Source: Spirochaetota bacterium (GTDB taxonomy: Bacteria; Spirochaetota; UBA4802; UBA5550). From it: DNA of 64,000 bases. A program made the translations under genes and the position numbers. Below are positions 19,445 to 30,200 of the stretch, in pieces. The stretch covers positions 2,880,001-2,944,000 of the forward strand of contig CAXXHB010000003.1 of assembly GCA_963664815.2 (NCBI GenBank), given 5' to 3'. Positions within the stretch are counted from its first letter, which is position 1. The number at the start of each line of letters is the position of its first letter. A model generated the notes under the pieces. That model did no database searches and was not told the DNA's origin. It worked only from the letters and a program-made list of their open reading frames with translations.

Positions 19445-21361
19445 TCAACCTGCCGGAAGTTTAATTATAAATTCAGTACCTTCGCCGGGCGTACTATTCA
19501 CGGTTATACGTCCGTTATGACGTTCGATAGTTCCATATGTTACTGCAAGCCCAAGTCCCGTCCCCTTCCCCAGTTCTTTTGTGGTAAAAAAGGGATCAAA
19601 TATCTTTCCTATATTCTCCGCAGAAATCCCGATACCGGTGTCTTTTACTGAAATAAGTATACAGTTTTCACCTTCAACATGAGAGGTACTAATTATCAAT
19701 TCACCTCCGTCAGGCATGGCATCGGCAGCGTTAAGGGCAAGATTATTAATTACAGATTTCATCTGATTCACGTCTATCAGTATCTCCGGAATATTGTATG
19801 AGAAATTCCTTGTAACTCTTATTTTTCTAAGGTTTACATGTTTCTCCAGTATAGCCAGAACATTGTTTATTATTTTGTTGATATCCGTATACTCTTTTTC
19901 AAGACTAGTCTCTCTTGCAAAATCAAGCACTTCTTTCAGAATTTTTCTGCACCTAATGGTTTCATCTATTATAACATTTAAATCTTCAACATATTCGGTT
20001 TCCGCAAGCTCATCTTTCAGCATGCTGCTATATGCAAGAACTCCCGTAAGAGGATTGTTGATTTCATGCGCTATTCCTGCAGCGAGCCTGCCAAGCGATG
20101 CGAGTTTTTCAGATTGTGCAAGCTGATTATGCGTAGTCTCTTTAATTTTCTGATCCCTGTCATATATGGCATCTATCATTCTGTTAAACGCTTTTGAAAG
20201 GTGACTCAATTCACTTTCTCTGAACACTCTCAGCTTTTTGCTGTAATTCCCACCGGCAATCACCTCAGAAGCAGCAACAACTTCATTGATCGGTTTTATG
20301 ATTCTGTTTATCAGATAAAAAGATATAAGAACAGCGCACATGGCGGTAATGAGGGTTATATATAAAAAATATTTTACCGTATTATCTTTTATTTTATCAA
20401 ATCGCTCCTGTGGGACACCCACATAAAGTATACCGATAATTGTATTATTTGTATCATATATTGGTGTATATGCAGCGAGAAACCATCTGCTCACTACAAA
20501 AGCCCTGTCAACCCAGTCCTCCCCTCTGTCAAATATACTTTCATAGACCTTCGATGATACCTGCGTTCCTGTTAACCTCTTCCCATCCCCTCTGACTACA
20601 TTAGTAGATATTCTTATGTCATCAAGAAAAATAGTGGCTTTCCCTGCCGCATAATCCGTTACACTTTCAGATGGAAAAACAAGGTTCTTTATTTTATCAA
20701 CAATTTCGAAATTATTATTTACTATAAAAGCACCATATATAACACCTACAAACTTTCCATTCACAAACATAGGAGTAGCCGAATTGAGAACCAGAGCTCT
20801 GTCTTCACGTTGCTTTGTTATATGCCTCCCCATTTCAGTAGGGACGATATCAATCAGGGCTTTTTCTGCTATATCTTTACCTTCCTTTAAAAGAATGTCT
20901 CTTGTTAGAATACCGGATCCAGATAAATCTTTTAATGATTCAGTCACTTTTTTTATACACTGAATATCGAGAGCTGAGTCGCCATTAAATCCGCTGTTAT
21001 TAACCCTCTGAATAACCTTTCCCTTACTATCAGTAATAATAATTATATCAGCCCCGATCCAGTTTTTCAATTTCAGGAGTTTTGATTTAAGAAATTTTCT
21101 ATCCTGTTTTTCTACAGCTCTGCATATATAATCAAGATTGCCAATATAGTTCAAAGTCATTTCGATCTGATAAAGTCTGTTGTTATAAATATACTGTGCT
21201 GTTATTAAATCACTTCTTACAGATTCATATGCCTGTTCAATTATCCCTCTGTTTATTATTCTGTAACCGGCAAATATTGATGAAATGCCTGTTAAAGCTA
21301 CGAGAAAGAGAAATCCCAGCATCAATTTATTTTTTATACTGTTTTGTTTTATCCGTTTCAT
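19445..21361 (-). CDS. Membrane sensor histidine kinase (Cache-HAMP-HisKA-HATPase_c)
   Basis: Two TMs flank a Cache domain (ATIFLDDIRISTNV...GTQVS...AYTPI..IIGILYVG). HAMP, QSEKLASLGRLAAGIAHEINNPL, DTGIGI, FDPFFTTK, GTGLGL. Confidence 0.93.
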   Translation of the reverse strand: MKRIKQNSIKNKLMLGFLFLVALTGISSIFAGYRIINRGIIEQAYESVRSDLITAQYIYNNRLYQIEMTLNYIGNLDYICRAVEKQDRKFLKSKLLKLKNWIGADIIIITDSKGKVIQRVNNSGFNGDSALDIQCIKKVTESLKDLSGSGILTRDILLKEGKDIAEKALIDIVPTEMGRHITKQREDRALVLNSATPMFVNGKFVGVIYGAFIVNNNFEIVDKIKNLVFPSESVTDYAAGKATIFLDDIRISTNVVRGDGKRLTGTQVSSKVYESIFDRGEDWVDRAFVVSRWFLAAYTPIYDTNNTIIGILYVGVPQERFDKIKDNTVKYFLYITLITAMCAVLISFYLINRIIKPINEVVAASEVIAGGNYSKKLRVFRESELSHLSKAFNRMIDAIYDRDQKIKETTHNQLAQSEKLASLGRLAAGIAHEINNPLTGVLAYSSMLKDELAETEYVEDLNVIIDETIRCRKILKEVLDFARETSLEKEYTDINKIINNVLAILEKHVNLRKIRVTRNFSYNIPEILIDVNQMKSVINNLALNAADAMPDGGELIISTSHVEGENCILISVKDTGIGISAENIGKIFDPFFTTKELGKGTGLGLAVTYGTIERHNGRITVNSTPGEGTEFIIKLPAG

Positions 21362-21775
21362 AATATATCAATTCGCAATTTAGATCACACGCTTCCACTT
21401 AAATTTATTAAACTAATCAGTAAAAAAATCTGATATTAACTTTTCAACAATTCAGGAAAAAGTTTACAATATCAGTTTATATCAATTAATAAAGCATTAT
21501 TTCTCCATCTTTGGTACAGGAGAATAATCCTTTTATCAAAAAAGTTATTGATAAATTTGATTTATTTAATAATCACTAATAACTCTTACCAGTCAAGAAC
21601 AAAGTTGCACTAGTTATCATGAGTTTGATTGATGCTTAAAAAATAAAAATTGAACCTGCTATTATGTAAAAAGGTCTGATTTTTTACGATTTACACGTAA
21701 TTCCATGATGGCTATCAGCCGGATATTTTATTAAAACATTTTTTCGAATATAAATCCCTGAAGAATGGAGAAAGT

Positions 21776-23074
21776 ATGACAGAAATAAAAAGAATTCCAA
21801 TTGAATATTATAGCATCAAGGATGCGCTTGATAAAACAGAAATGGAAAGCAGATCAGGTAATGCGGTTGATTTTATAAATAAAAAAATTGCCTCTCTACA
21901 AACACTTGATGAAATAATTGATTTCCTTTTCATAAATATTCAACAGATAATTCCATGTGACAGAATAGCTGTTTCTTTTTTTGAAGAAAATGGTAAAAGA
22001 GCAACCATATATTATGTAAAGGCAAACTACAATAGCATATATCTTAAAAAGGGTTACAGTGCCGATATAAACAACAGCTCTCTGGAAAAAATATTTAATG
22101 ATGGAACTCCCCGTATTATTAACGATCTTCAGGAGTACCTTAAAACACATCCTGCAAGTGATACTACATTACTTCTTGTTAAAGAAGGTATAAATTCAAG
22201 CATAACAGCACCCCTTTCTGTTGAAGGGAGACCAGTGGGTTTGATCTTCATAAGCTCAAAAAACCGGAATATATATGACTCTACTCACATCATTAATCAT
22301 ATGCTTATTGTGGAAAGAATAGGTCAGGCCGTTGAGAAGACTTTCAGGATAGAACAGCTTTCTGAATCAATAAATTCATACCTTGAAATGCTCAGCTTCG
22401 TCAGCCATGAGCTTAAAAGCCCTCTTGATTCTATAATAACACTGGGAAATACTCTCGCCGGGGGATATTTCGGAGAGGTAAATGAAAAGCATAAAGATTA
22501 CATCATCCGAATGGTTAACAAGGCCAAATACCTTAAGGAGATGACTACTGAATACCTTACACTCTCAAGATTTGAAAATAAAAATGTTGATCTCTACATT
22601 ACCGAAACAGATATGGCAAAAAATATTATAGAAGAATCTCTTGATATAGTGATGCCTCTCGCAGCAGAAAAAAAAATAACAATTAACAAAAATATAACCC
22701 GTAATATAATAGTTGAATGTGATGCGACTCTGATAAAAATTGTAACCAATAATATTTTAAGCAATGCAGTAAAATACAGCGATGAAAATGGAAAAGTGGA
22801 TATTAATCTATCATCAGATGGAGTTGATATTATACTATCAGTAAAAAATACCGGGCCGGGATTCCCTGAAGAAGCAAAATCAAAGCTATTCAGAAAATTT
22901 TCAAGAATAGAAAAAAGTGAGTTAATGAAAAGAAAAGGTACTGGAGTCGGCCTTTATAACAGCTGGAAAATAATAAAGCTCCATAATGGCCATATATGGG
23001 CAGAGTCAAAAGAGAATGAATGGGCTGAATTTTCTTTCAGAATACCATTGAAAAATATTAAAAAACAGATATAG
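21776..23074 (+). CDS. Cytoplasmic GAF-domain histidine kinase
   Basis: GAF (PRIINDL...SSITAPLSVEGRPVGLI), H-box VSHELKSPL, NILSNAVKY, NTGPGF, GTGVGL. Confidence 0.92.
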   Translation: MTEIKRIPIEYYSIKDALDKTEMESRSGNAVDFINKKIASLQTLDEIIDFLFINIQQIIPCDRIAVSFFEENGKRATIYYVKANYNSIYLKKGYSADINNSSLEKIFNDGTPRIINDLQEYLKTHPASDTTLLLVKEGINSSITAPLSVEGRPVGLIFISSKNRNIYDSTHIINHMLIVERIGQAVEKTFRIEQLSESINSYLEMLSFVSHELKSPLDSIITLGNTLAGGYFGEVNEKHKDYIIRMVNKAKYLKEMTTEYLTLSRFENKNVDLYITETDMAKNIIEESLDIVMPLAAEKKITINKNITRNIIVECDATLIKIVTNNILSNAVKYSDENGKVDINLSSDGVDIILSVKNTGPGFPEEAKSKLFRKFSRIEKSELMKRKGTGVGLYNSWKIIKLHNGHIWAESKENEWAEFSFRIPLKNIKKQI

Positions 23075-23194
23075 TTATATCATGGATTTTTCAACTTCGC
23101 ATCCCTGTTCTCCCGGAGGAGATTGGGATTAGGACAACGATGAAGTCTCTGGCTGAAAATGACTTCTAACAAGATAAAAAAAGAATAGTTAAAT

Positions 23195-24307
23195 ATGATA
23201 AACAAAGATTATGAACAAACCGGACTTTTATACTTCACACTTCCTGCCAAAAGAGGAAGCGGCAGCGACATATCAAACACATACGCTTTTACTACAGGGA
23301 AACATTGGTATATAATTGATACATCATGCGGTAAAAAAAGGTACAGGGAACTGAAAGAATTCCTGAAATATAAAAATAACTATACCATCCTCTGCACTCA
23401 TTACCACAATGACCATATTGCAAATAACGGAAGATTGGTTCATAACTCCGGAAAAATTTTTTACCATCCGAATGCCAGATCCAAAATACGGAATCTCCGC
23501 ACTAATGCCACTGGACAGATACTTATGATGTACAGGGAACTCGATAAAAAAGGTTTTCTGAAGCGAATGGGATATTTTAGCGATGGTTTTATTGATTTTA
23601 TGCTGAAAAGAAAGTTCACCTCTGAATATGTTATGATTCCAGTACTGTTGATTGCAACCTATTTTTTTTCAATATCAAATATCGGAAGAATCTATCCAGG
23701 AATAAATCATATAGAGTTCTTCGACGAAAATAAAAAAATAAAGGTAAACCTGAACGGGTTAGAGACAGCAGGATGGCTGATCGATGAAGGAATATACGCG
23801 ATAGAAACTCCCGGACATTCAGACTGTCATGTGATGTATTACTGGAGCGATAAAAAAATCCTGTTTACGGGTGATGCGCTTAATTTTCTCACCCCCAATG
23901 ATATACAGTTCGGAGAAATTCAAAGTACAATGGAATCTCAAAAGATGATTCTCAAAATTGCGGATAAAGAAAATATATTGATGATCTGTCAGGGTCATTA
24001 TATACCTCTTGAAAATAATAAAGCCATTGTTGAATACATTTCTGATACTATTGCCAAACATGAGCATGTTTATAATAAATTAAAAAATTTCTTAAATCAG
24101 GACAACATCTATCTAGGTTTTGATGAACTGTACAACAGAATCTGCGGCATGGATGACTCCGTCATACAAAAATTGCTGAAGATAACATTTCCCAGATCTA
24201 CTCTGGTATTCCTTGATGTCTATCTCCTTAAAGTAATCAAAGAAACCATGATTAAAAACAATTTCCCTGAAAAAGAGATATGCGCTGAAGATGGAAATAA
24301 AATATAG
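23195..24307 (+). CDS. MBL-fold metallo-hydrolase
   Basis: IIDTS, THYHNDH (HxHxDH), TPGHS, LFTGDA, QGH. Confidence 0.88.
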   Translation: MINKDYEQTGLLYFTLPAKRGSGSDISNTYAFTTGKHWYIIDTSCGKKRYRELKEFLKYKNNYTILCTHYHNDHIANNGRLVHNSGKIFYHPNARSKIRNLRTNATGQILMMYRELDKKGFLKRMGYFSDGFIDFMLKRKFTSEYVMIPVLLIATYFFSISNIGRIYPGINHIEFFDENKKIKVNLNGLETAGWLIDEGIYAIETPGHSDCHVMYYWSDKKILFTGDALNFLTPNDIQFGEIQSTMESQKMILKIADKENILMICQGHYIPLENNKAIVEYISDTIAKHEHVYNKLKNFLNQDNIYLGFDELYNRICGMDDSVIQKLLKITFPRSTLVFLDVYLLKVIKETMIKNNFPEKEICAEDGNKI

Positions 24308-26438
24308 AAAAGAACTTAATGATATTCGCACTGATTTGTTATATGTGAATTCTTTCCAGTCAGTCATTCCGCTTCTTGTAATAGTCATGTTTGCTATTTT
24401 CTGGTTCCGTGACATTCTGAATTATTATAATGTCTATCACCATGTTTTATATATCTGGTTCCCGTTTGCAGTTTTTTCATTTACAGTCAAGATTTTCATG
24501 GGCATTGCATATAATAAAATAAAAAATAAAGATAAAAAATTATGGCGCAGGCTCTTTTACTTCACAACCGCTCTGACCGGTATCGTTTTTGGGTCATATC
24601 TTTATTTTTTACATTATATAGATGATCACACATACATTTTCTTTTTCATTCTGCTTTTAGGCGCACTGTCATCAGGTTCAGTAAGCACACATTCAACAAG
24701 CATGACTGCTTTTATAATATACAATTCACTGGCTCTTTTCCCTTATTCAATATATTTTATCCTTTCATTTAAAAACGGTTATCAGCCTGTAGGTTTCCTT
24801 ATTGTTCTTTTTCTCGGGACAATTTCCATTACTGCATACAGGGTTAATAAAACTCTTACAAAATCTCTTGCACTCTCGCTGGAAAATGAATCAATTATTG
24901 ATAAACTCAGCCAGTCGGAAGAAAAGTTCTCCAAATCATTCCACTCCGGGATTGCACCAATGGCGATGCTCAGAATTGAAGATGCAAAATTTATCGATGT
25001 AAACAATGCCATGACTAATCTTGTTAAATATTCAAAAGATGAGATTATAGGTAAAAATCCTTATGAACTTAATCTCTATGAAAAAGCTGAGGATGCCATT
25101 GACATTGTCATTGAAGCATCAGAATCGGGGCATATTTCCAATAGAGAAATATCTTTAAGAACAGGAGATAATAAAATAAGACACTGTCTTGTCACTATTG
25201 AGAATTTCGTTCTCGATGATTCAAGTATAGCGCTTATTATGCTTCAGGATTTTACAGAGCGGATTGAACATGAAAAGGAACTTGAGTTTGAAAAAGACAG
25301 AGCCGAAACCGCTGCGAGTGCTAAAACAAAATTCCTGGCTTCAATGAGCCATGAGATAAGAACACCAATGAATTCGATCCTCGGCATGGCCAACCTTGCA
25401 CTTATGACAGAAGACAGCAAAGAAAGAAATGAATACCTGAATGTAGTAAAAGATTCAGGAAATTACCTTATGGTTCTTATTAATGATATCCTTGACATGA
25501 CAAAAATTGAAGCCGGAAAAGTTGAGATTGACCTTATTGATACCGATCTAAGCAATCTGATTACAAGTATATACCGTTCAATGGAATTGCTTGTGCTCAG
25601 CAAAAAACTTACATTCAGAAAAAAAATCAGCCCAGATGTACCTGTATATATAAAATCCGCACCTGAAAGATTAAGGCAGATATTGATTAATCTCATAGGT
25701 AACGCCCTTAAATTTACAAGTACCGGCGGCATTGAACTTGATATTTCTCTTTCGGATGGAAAGAATTACAATCACAATTCCGATGCCCGTCGTTTCATTG
25801 AATTTTCAGTGACAGATACCGGTATAGGAATACCGGCCGACAAACATGAAATTATTTTTGAGAGTTTTACCCAGGCAGATCCATCAACATTCAGAAAATT
25901 CGGAGGAACAGGCCTTGGACTTGCAATTTGTAAACAGATTATCAAACTTATGAACGGAGATATCAAGGTCTTAAGCGAACCGAACAAAGGTAGCACATTC
26001 AGTTTTATTATACCTTTAATCCTCGGAGAAAGGCCCTGCATTGATGATATTGAGCCTTATGTAAAAAATGACAATAACGGTTTCCTGAGAATACTTATCG
26101 CGGAAGATAATATCATGAACCAGAAGCTCATTGAAGCATATATGAAAAAACTGGGCCGTACTTATTCTTTGGTAGAAAACGGGGTTGAAGTCATTGAAAG
26201 ACTAAAAAATGAAAAATTCGATATAATTTTTATGGATCTCGAAATGCCTGTTCTTGACGGTTATGAAGCCATGAAAAAAATCAGATCAGGCGAAGCCGGG
26301 TTTGACAATGCAAATATAGTAATCTATGCAATGAGCGCACATGTATTACAGGATACAATAGATAAATGTGTTGATGAAGGGTTTAACGGGTACATAATCA
26401 AGCCACTTGACCTGAAAAAAATCAGGGATATATTATAA
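24291..26438 (+). CDS. Membrane hybrid histidine kinase (multi-TM-PAS-HisKA-HATPase-REC)
   Basis: 5-6 TMs, PAS, FLASMSHEIRTPMN, NLIGNALKFT, DTGIGI, GGTGLGL, and REC AEDN/FMDLEMP/KP. Overlaps the MBL gene by 17 nt. Confidence 0.93.
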   Translation: MEIKYRKELNDIRTDLLYVNSFQSVIPLLVIVMFAIFWFRDILNYYNVYHHVLYIWFPFAVFSFTVKIFMGIAYNKIKNKDKKLWRRLFYFTTALTGIVFGSYLYFLHYIDDHTYIFFFILLLGALSSGSVSTHSTSMTAFIIYNSLALFPYSIYFILSFKNGYQPVGFLIVLFLGTISITAYRVNKTLTKSLALSLENESIIDKLSQSEEKFSKSFHSGIAPMAMLRIEDAKFIDVNNAMTNLVKYSKDEIIGKNPYELNLYEKAEDAIDIVIEASESGHISNREISLRTGDNKIRHCLVTIENFVLDDSSIALIMLQDFTERIEHEKELEFEKDRAETAASAKTKFLASMSHEIRTPMNSILGMANLALMTEDSKERNEYLNVVKDSGNYLMVLINDILDMTKIEAGKVEIDLIDTDLSNLITSIYRSMELLVLSKKLTFRKKISPDVPVYIKSAPERLRQILINLIGNALKFTSTGGIELDISLSDGKNYNHNSDARRFIEFSVTDTGIGIPADKHEIIFESFTQADPSTFRKFGGTGLGLAICKQIIKLMNGDIKVLSEPNKGSTFSFIIPLILGERPCIDDIEPYVKNDNNGFLRILIAEDNIMNQKLIEAYMKKLGRTYSLVENGVEVIERLKNEKFDIIFMDLEMPVLDGYEAMKKIRSGEAGFDNANIVIYAMSAHVLQDTIDKCVDEGFNGYIIKPLDLKKIRDIL

Positions 26439-26826
26439 TTTTAAAAGACGGAATATCTACATCAGACATAATTACTACTCCTGTAATATTAGATGTGTAT
26501 TATTGCATTAACGAAGAATTTATGTATTTCAAATACTTCATCTCCTATTCCGTATTTAAACCTGTTAAAACTGTAATTCTGAACACGATTACAGGATTTA
26601 ATGATTGCCGGTACTAGATGTTTAGGAATTGTAAACTAAAGTACTCTATAGCCCCTGTCTGATTTGGCAGAGGGCCAATATATGTAAACCCCAAGCTCTG
26701 AGTAATTTCCAGTGTAATTTTCCTGAATCCAGACAATTACACTCTAAAAGATTCTTAATTTTTTACTTGACTCCAAACAGTAAATATAATTTTTAAATTT
26801 ATTCAATAAATTTAAAGTGTGGTATT

Positions 26827-28320
26827 ATGCAGCTTGGTAAAACATCTGAACTTTCAGGCCAGGTACTCAAGGGAGAACCGGTTAAGCTTACTTTTCATTA
26901 CAACAACAGGGAAATCAACAGATTCCTTAACTCTCTTTTTACAAAAATTCTGTCTCAATCAGACATGCTTTACCTTCAGGGAACAGTAGAAAATGTTTTA
27001 CGTGAAATGATAGTTAACGCCGTAAAAGCAAATTCCAAAAGAATATATTTTAAAAAAAGCAATTTAGACATAGCCGATCCGCAACACTATGAAGAGGGTA
27101 TGCTGTCTTTTAAAACATATATGACAGATGGAATAAATGATATTCCAACTGAATTGAAACAGAACGGATATAAAGTTGAGCTTGTTCTGAAAAAAGAGAG
27201 CAATGGATTCAGAATAATTGTAAGAAATAATTCAGGACTTCTCCCGTTCGAACAGGAACGAATTAAACTCAGAGTAGACAAAGCAAGAGAATACACGGAT
27301 TTTTCAGATATATACATGGATATAGCCGATGATCAAGAGGGAGAAGGTCTCGGGATCCCTCTCACTATGCTCTTTCTGAAAAATTCCGGGATTGGGGAGA
27401 AATCATTCAGTATTGTTTCTGATGGAAATGTAACCCAATCTGCTTTTACGATCCCTTTAAAAACACAACCTTGTGCTATAAAAAGAGTTATTGAAGTAAA
27501 AATCGTAAATGAAGTTAAAGACCTTCCCACTTTTCCGGAACACATAATGGAACTTCAATCCATGTGTAAAAAAGAGAATATTACAATAGGAGAACTGGCT
27601 AACAAAATTTCACTTGATCCTTCACTTTCCGCTTCAGTCTTAAAGCTCTCAAATTCAGCTGGATTTGTCACTTCCAAAAAGATTGAAAGTATCGCCGAGG
27701 CTGTAAAAATAATTGGACTAAAAAATCTAAACTCAATTCTTATAGCATCATCAGCAAAAAAAATAATGGAAGAGCGTTTCCCATCTTTTAAAGACGTGTG
27801 GAGCCACTGCAACAAGACTGCTTTTTATTCCCGGTTGCTTGCCCAAAAATATGGATTGAACAAAATCAGCGACATGATTTTTTTATCATCCATGCTTCAC
27901 GATCTTGGGAAAATCATCCTTTTATCAGCTAATGAAGAACTTACAGACCAGATTGAAAAGATATCAGCTAACAGACAAATGAGGACTTCTACAGTTCTTG
28001 AAGAAGTTTCAATGGGGATAAGCCACTCGACAATAGGGAAAATGATTGCAGAAAAGTGGAACTTCCCTCAATATATCAGAGAAGCTATCTCTTATCATCA
28101 CTCGCCACTGCAGGCGAGCGAAGAAAACAGAGATATTGTATTCATCACATATCTTGCAAACTCACTCTGTCTGATTGAAGAGAAGAAGTTTGACTATTTT
28201 TATCTGGAGGATGAGGTTTTGATCCGATTCGATATGTTATCTGAAGAAAAATTCTCTGAAATGCATAATAATTTTAAGCTCCAATATGAAAAACAGTCAG
28301 AGTTACAGCTCTCAATATAA
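26827..28320 (+). CDS. HATPase-like N-terminal domain plus HDOD domain protein
   Basis: LREMIVNAVKAN and EGEGLGIPL (N and G2 boxes). HDOD: DLPTFP, ISLDPSLSASVLKLSNS, MLHDLGK, AEKWNFP..IREAISYHH. Confidence 0.85.
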   Translation: MQLGKTSELSGQVLKGEPVKLTFHYNNREINRFLNSLFTKILSQSDMLYLQGTVENVLREMIVNAVKANSKRIYFKKSNLDIADPQHYEEGMLSFKTYMTDGINDIPTELKQNGYKVELVLKKESNGFRIIVRNNSGLLPFEQERIKLRVDKAREYTDFSDIYMDIADDQEGEGLGIPLTMLFLKNSGIGEKSFSIVSDGNVTQSAFTIPLKTQPCAIKRVIEVKIVNEVKDLPTFPEHIMELQSMCKKENITIGELANKISLDPSLSASVLKLSNSAGFVTSKKIESIAEAVKIIGLKNLNSILIASSAKKIMEERFPSFKDVWSHCNKTAFYSRLLAQKYGLNKISDMIFLSSMLHDLGKIILLSANEELTDQIEKISANRQMRTSTVLEEVSMGISHSTIGKMIAEKWNFPQYIREAISYHHSPLQASEENRDIVFITYLANSLCLIEEKKFDYFYLEDEVLIRFDMLSEEKFSEMHNNFKLQYEKQSELQLSI

Positions 28321-28449
28321 ATATTGCCTGACAAGATAACTTAACCCACTGTCCCGTCAGACACAATCACATGTTGTTTAGTTTTTTGCCCGTCAAAATA
28401 CTCAGAGATTATTTTCTTAAACACATCACATTCTCAATACATGAGAATG

Positions 28450-30198
28450 TCAGCTTTTTATACGAACATCAATAAAAGATTTAACCCCTGGTATCAGATC
28501 GGCTATCATTTTATCAAGTTTCAATTCAGTTTCTTTGGCCGAACCTGATTTTGCAGAAAAATAAAATTTTATTTTAGGCTCTGTCCCTGATGGTCTCACT
28601 GTAACAATAGAACCATCGAAGAGTTTATACTGTAAAACATTTGATTTCGGAAGAACTGTCACCTGATCGTTTGAATCATATAGAATATCATTAACATAAT
28701 CTATTACTTTGATAACCTTGCACCCTCCGATTTCTTCAGGTGACTTCTGCCTGAATTTTTTCATAACTTCACCTATGACTTCAGCTCCTTTCAAACCTTC
28801 TGCATCGATGGAAACATTTCTGTCATTATAATATCCATACACACTGAAAATATTATCAAGGTAGCCGATTATAGTAAGACCCCTGTTTTTCAGATAAGCG
28901 CAGCATTCTGAAATCATTATTGTGGAAGCGACTGCATCTTTGTCTCTTGCATATGTTCCAGCCAGGTAACCGTAACTCTCTTCACCACCAAAAAGATATT
29001 TATAATTTCCCGTTTCTTCAAAAAACTTAATCTTTTCGCCGATATATTTAAATCCCGTCAAAACATTAAACACTTTAAGCGAGAATGATTCGGCAATTCT
29101 ATCCTGAAGGTCTGTTGTAACTACAGTCTTCACAACCGCACCATCCGGCGGTAGAGTTCCCTTCTCCTTCATCAGCGAAAGTTTATAGAACTCCAGTATA
29201 GCACCTATATGATTCCCGGAAAGAACATCAAACTCTCCCATATCATTCCGTACCGCTATACCCATTCTATCCGCATCAGGATCAGTAGCAATAACTATAT
29301 CCGCCTCCTCCCTGAGAGCATACTTTATTGCAAGATCAAGGGCATCTTTCTCTTCAGGATTAGGTTTTCTAACAGTCGAAAACGATGAATCGGCTTTCAT
29401 CTGTTCATTTACATAAATAATATCATTAAACCCGAGTCTCAATAATGCTTCCGGGATTAATGTCCCCCCTGTTCCGTGCAGTGGCGTGTAAACGATCTTT
29501 ACGCTGCTTTTTGCTATCTCTTCCGGTGAAATTGAAAGAGATATTACCTCTTTCAGAAACTTTTCATCAATATCTTTATCAATCCAGTTTATCAGTCCTT
29601 TTTCTTCCAGAGATTCAAAACTCTCTCTTTTTACATCATCCAGCTTTTCGACTTTCCTGACTTCACTGATAATATTTTCATCATGAGGATTAATTATCTG
29701 CCCTCCATCTTTCCAGTACACCTTGTATCCATTATACTCTTTAGGATTGTGACTAGCTGTAATTACAATCCCTGTTACACACCCGAGTTCCCTGACTGCA
29801 AAACTAAGTTCGGGAGTTGGCCTCATCTCTCTGAATATATATGTTTTTATACCGTTTGAGGCAAGTACCGAAGCACTCTCCATTGCAAACTCTTTTGAAA
29901 AAAACCTTGAATCGTACGCAATAACAGCTTTAGGATCAGTCTCCCCCGATTTTTTAACATAGTTGGAAAGTCCCTGCGTAGCCCTGGCGACAACATATTT
30001 ATTCATACCGTTGGTGCCATTACGGATGATTCCCCTTAATCCGCCTGTACCGAATTCAAGTTCAACGGCAAACCGCTCATTGAGTTCTTTCTCGTTTTTA
30101 CTTTTGATGAGAGCTTTTATTTCATCTCTGCATTTTTCATCATATGGCAACTCTGCCCATTCAGCAGCTCTTTTCAATACAGATTCAGGTAATATCAT
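28450..30198 (-). CDS. pgm: Phosphoglucomutase/phosphomannomutase (alpha-D-phosphohexomutase)
   Basis: FGTGGLRG, TASHNP, DPDADR, GEESYG, RPSGTEPKIK. Confidence 0.93.
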   Translation of the reverse strand: MILPESVLKRAAEWAELPYDEKCRDEIKALIKSKNEKELNERFAVELEFGTGGLRGIIRNGTNGMNKYVVARATQGLSNYVKKSGETDPKAVIAYDSRFFSKEFAMESASVLASNGIKTYIFREMRPTPELSFAVRELGCVTGIVITASHNPKEYNGYKVYWKDGGQIINPHDENIISEVRKVEKLDDVKRESFESLEEKGLINWIDKDIDEKFLKEVISLSISPEEIAKSSVKIVYTPLHGTGGTLIPEALLRLGFNDIIYVNEQMKADSSFSTVRKPNPEEKDALDLAIKYALREEADIVIATDPDADRMGIAVRNDMGEFDVLSGNHIGAILEFYKLSLMKEKGTLPPDGAVVKTVVTTDLQDRIAESFSLKVFNVLTGFKYIGEKIKFFEETGNYKYLFGGEESYGYLAGTYARDKDAVASTIMISECCAYLKNRGLTIIGYLDNIFSVYGYYNDRNVSIDAEGLKGAEVIGEVMKKFRQKSPEEIGGCKVIKVIDYVNDILYDSNDQVTVLPKSNVLQYKLFDGSIVTVRPSGTEPKIKFYFSAKSGSAKETELKLDKMIADLIPGVKSFIDVRIKS

Positions 30199-30200
30199 AG

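Noticed and set aside
23103-23135. REP-like hairpin ccctgttctcccggaggagattggg
   Set aside because: Single, short and imperfect, so it cannot be distinguished from a terminator remnant.
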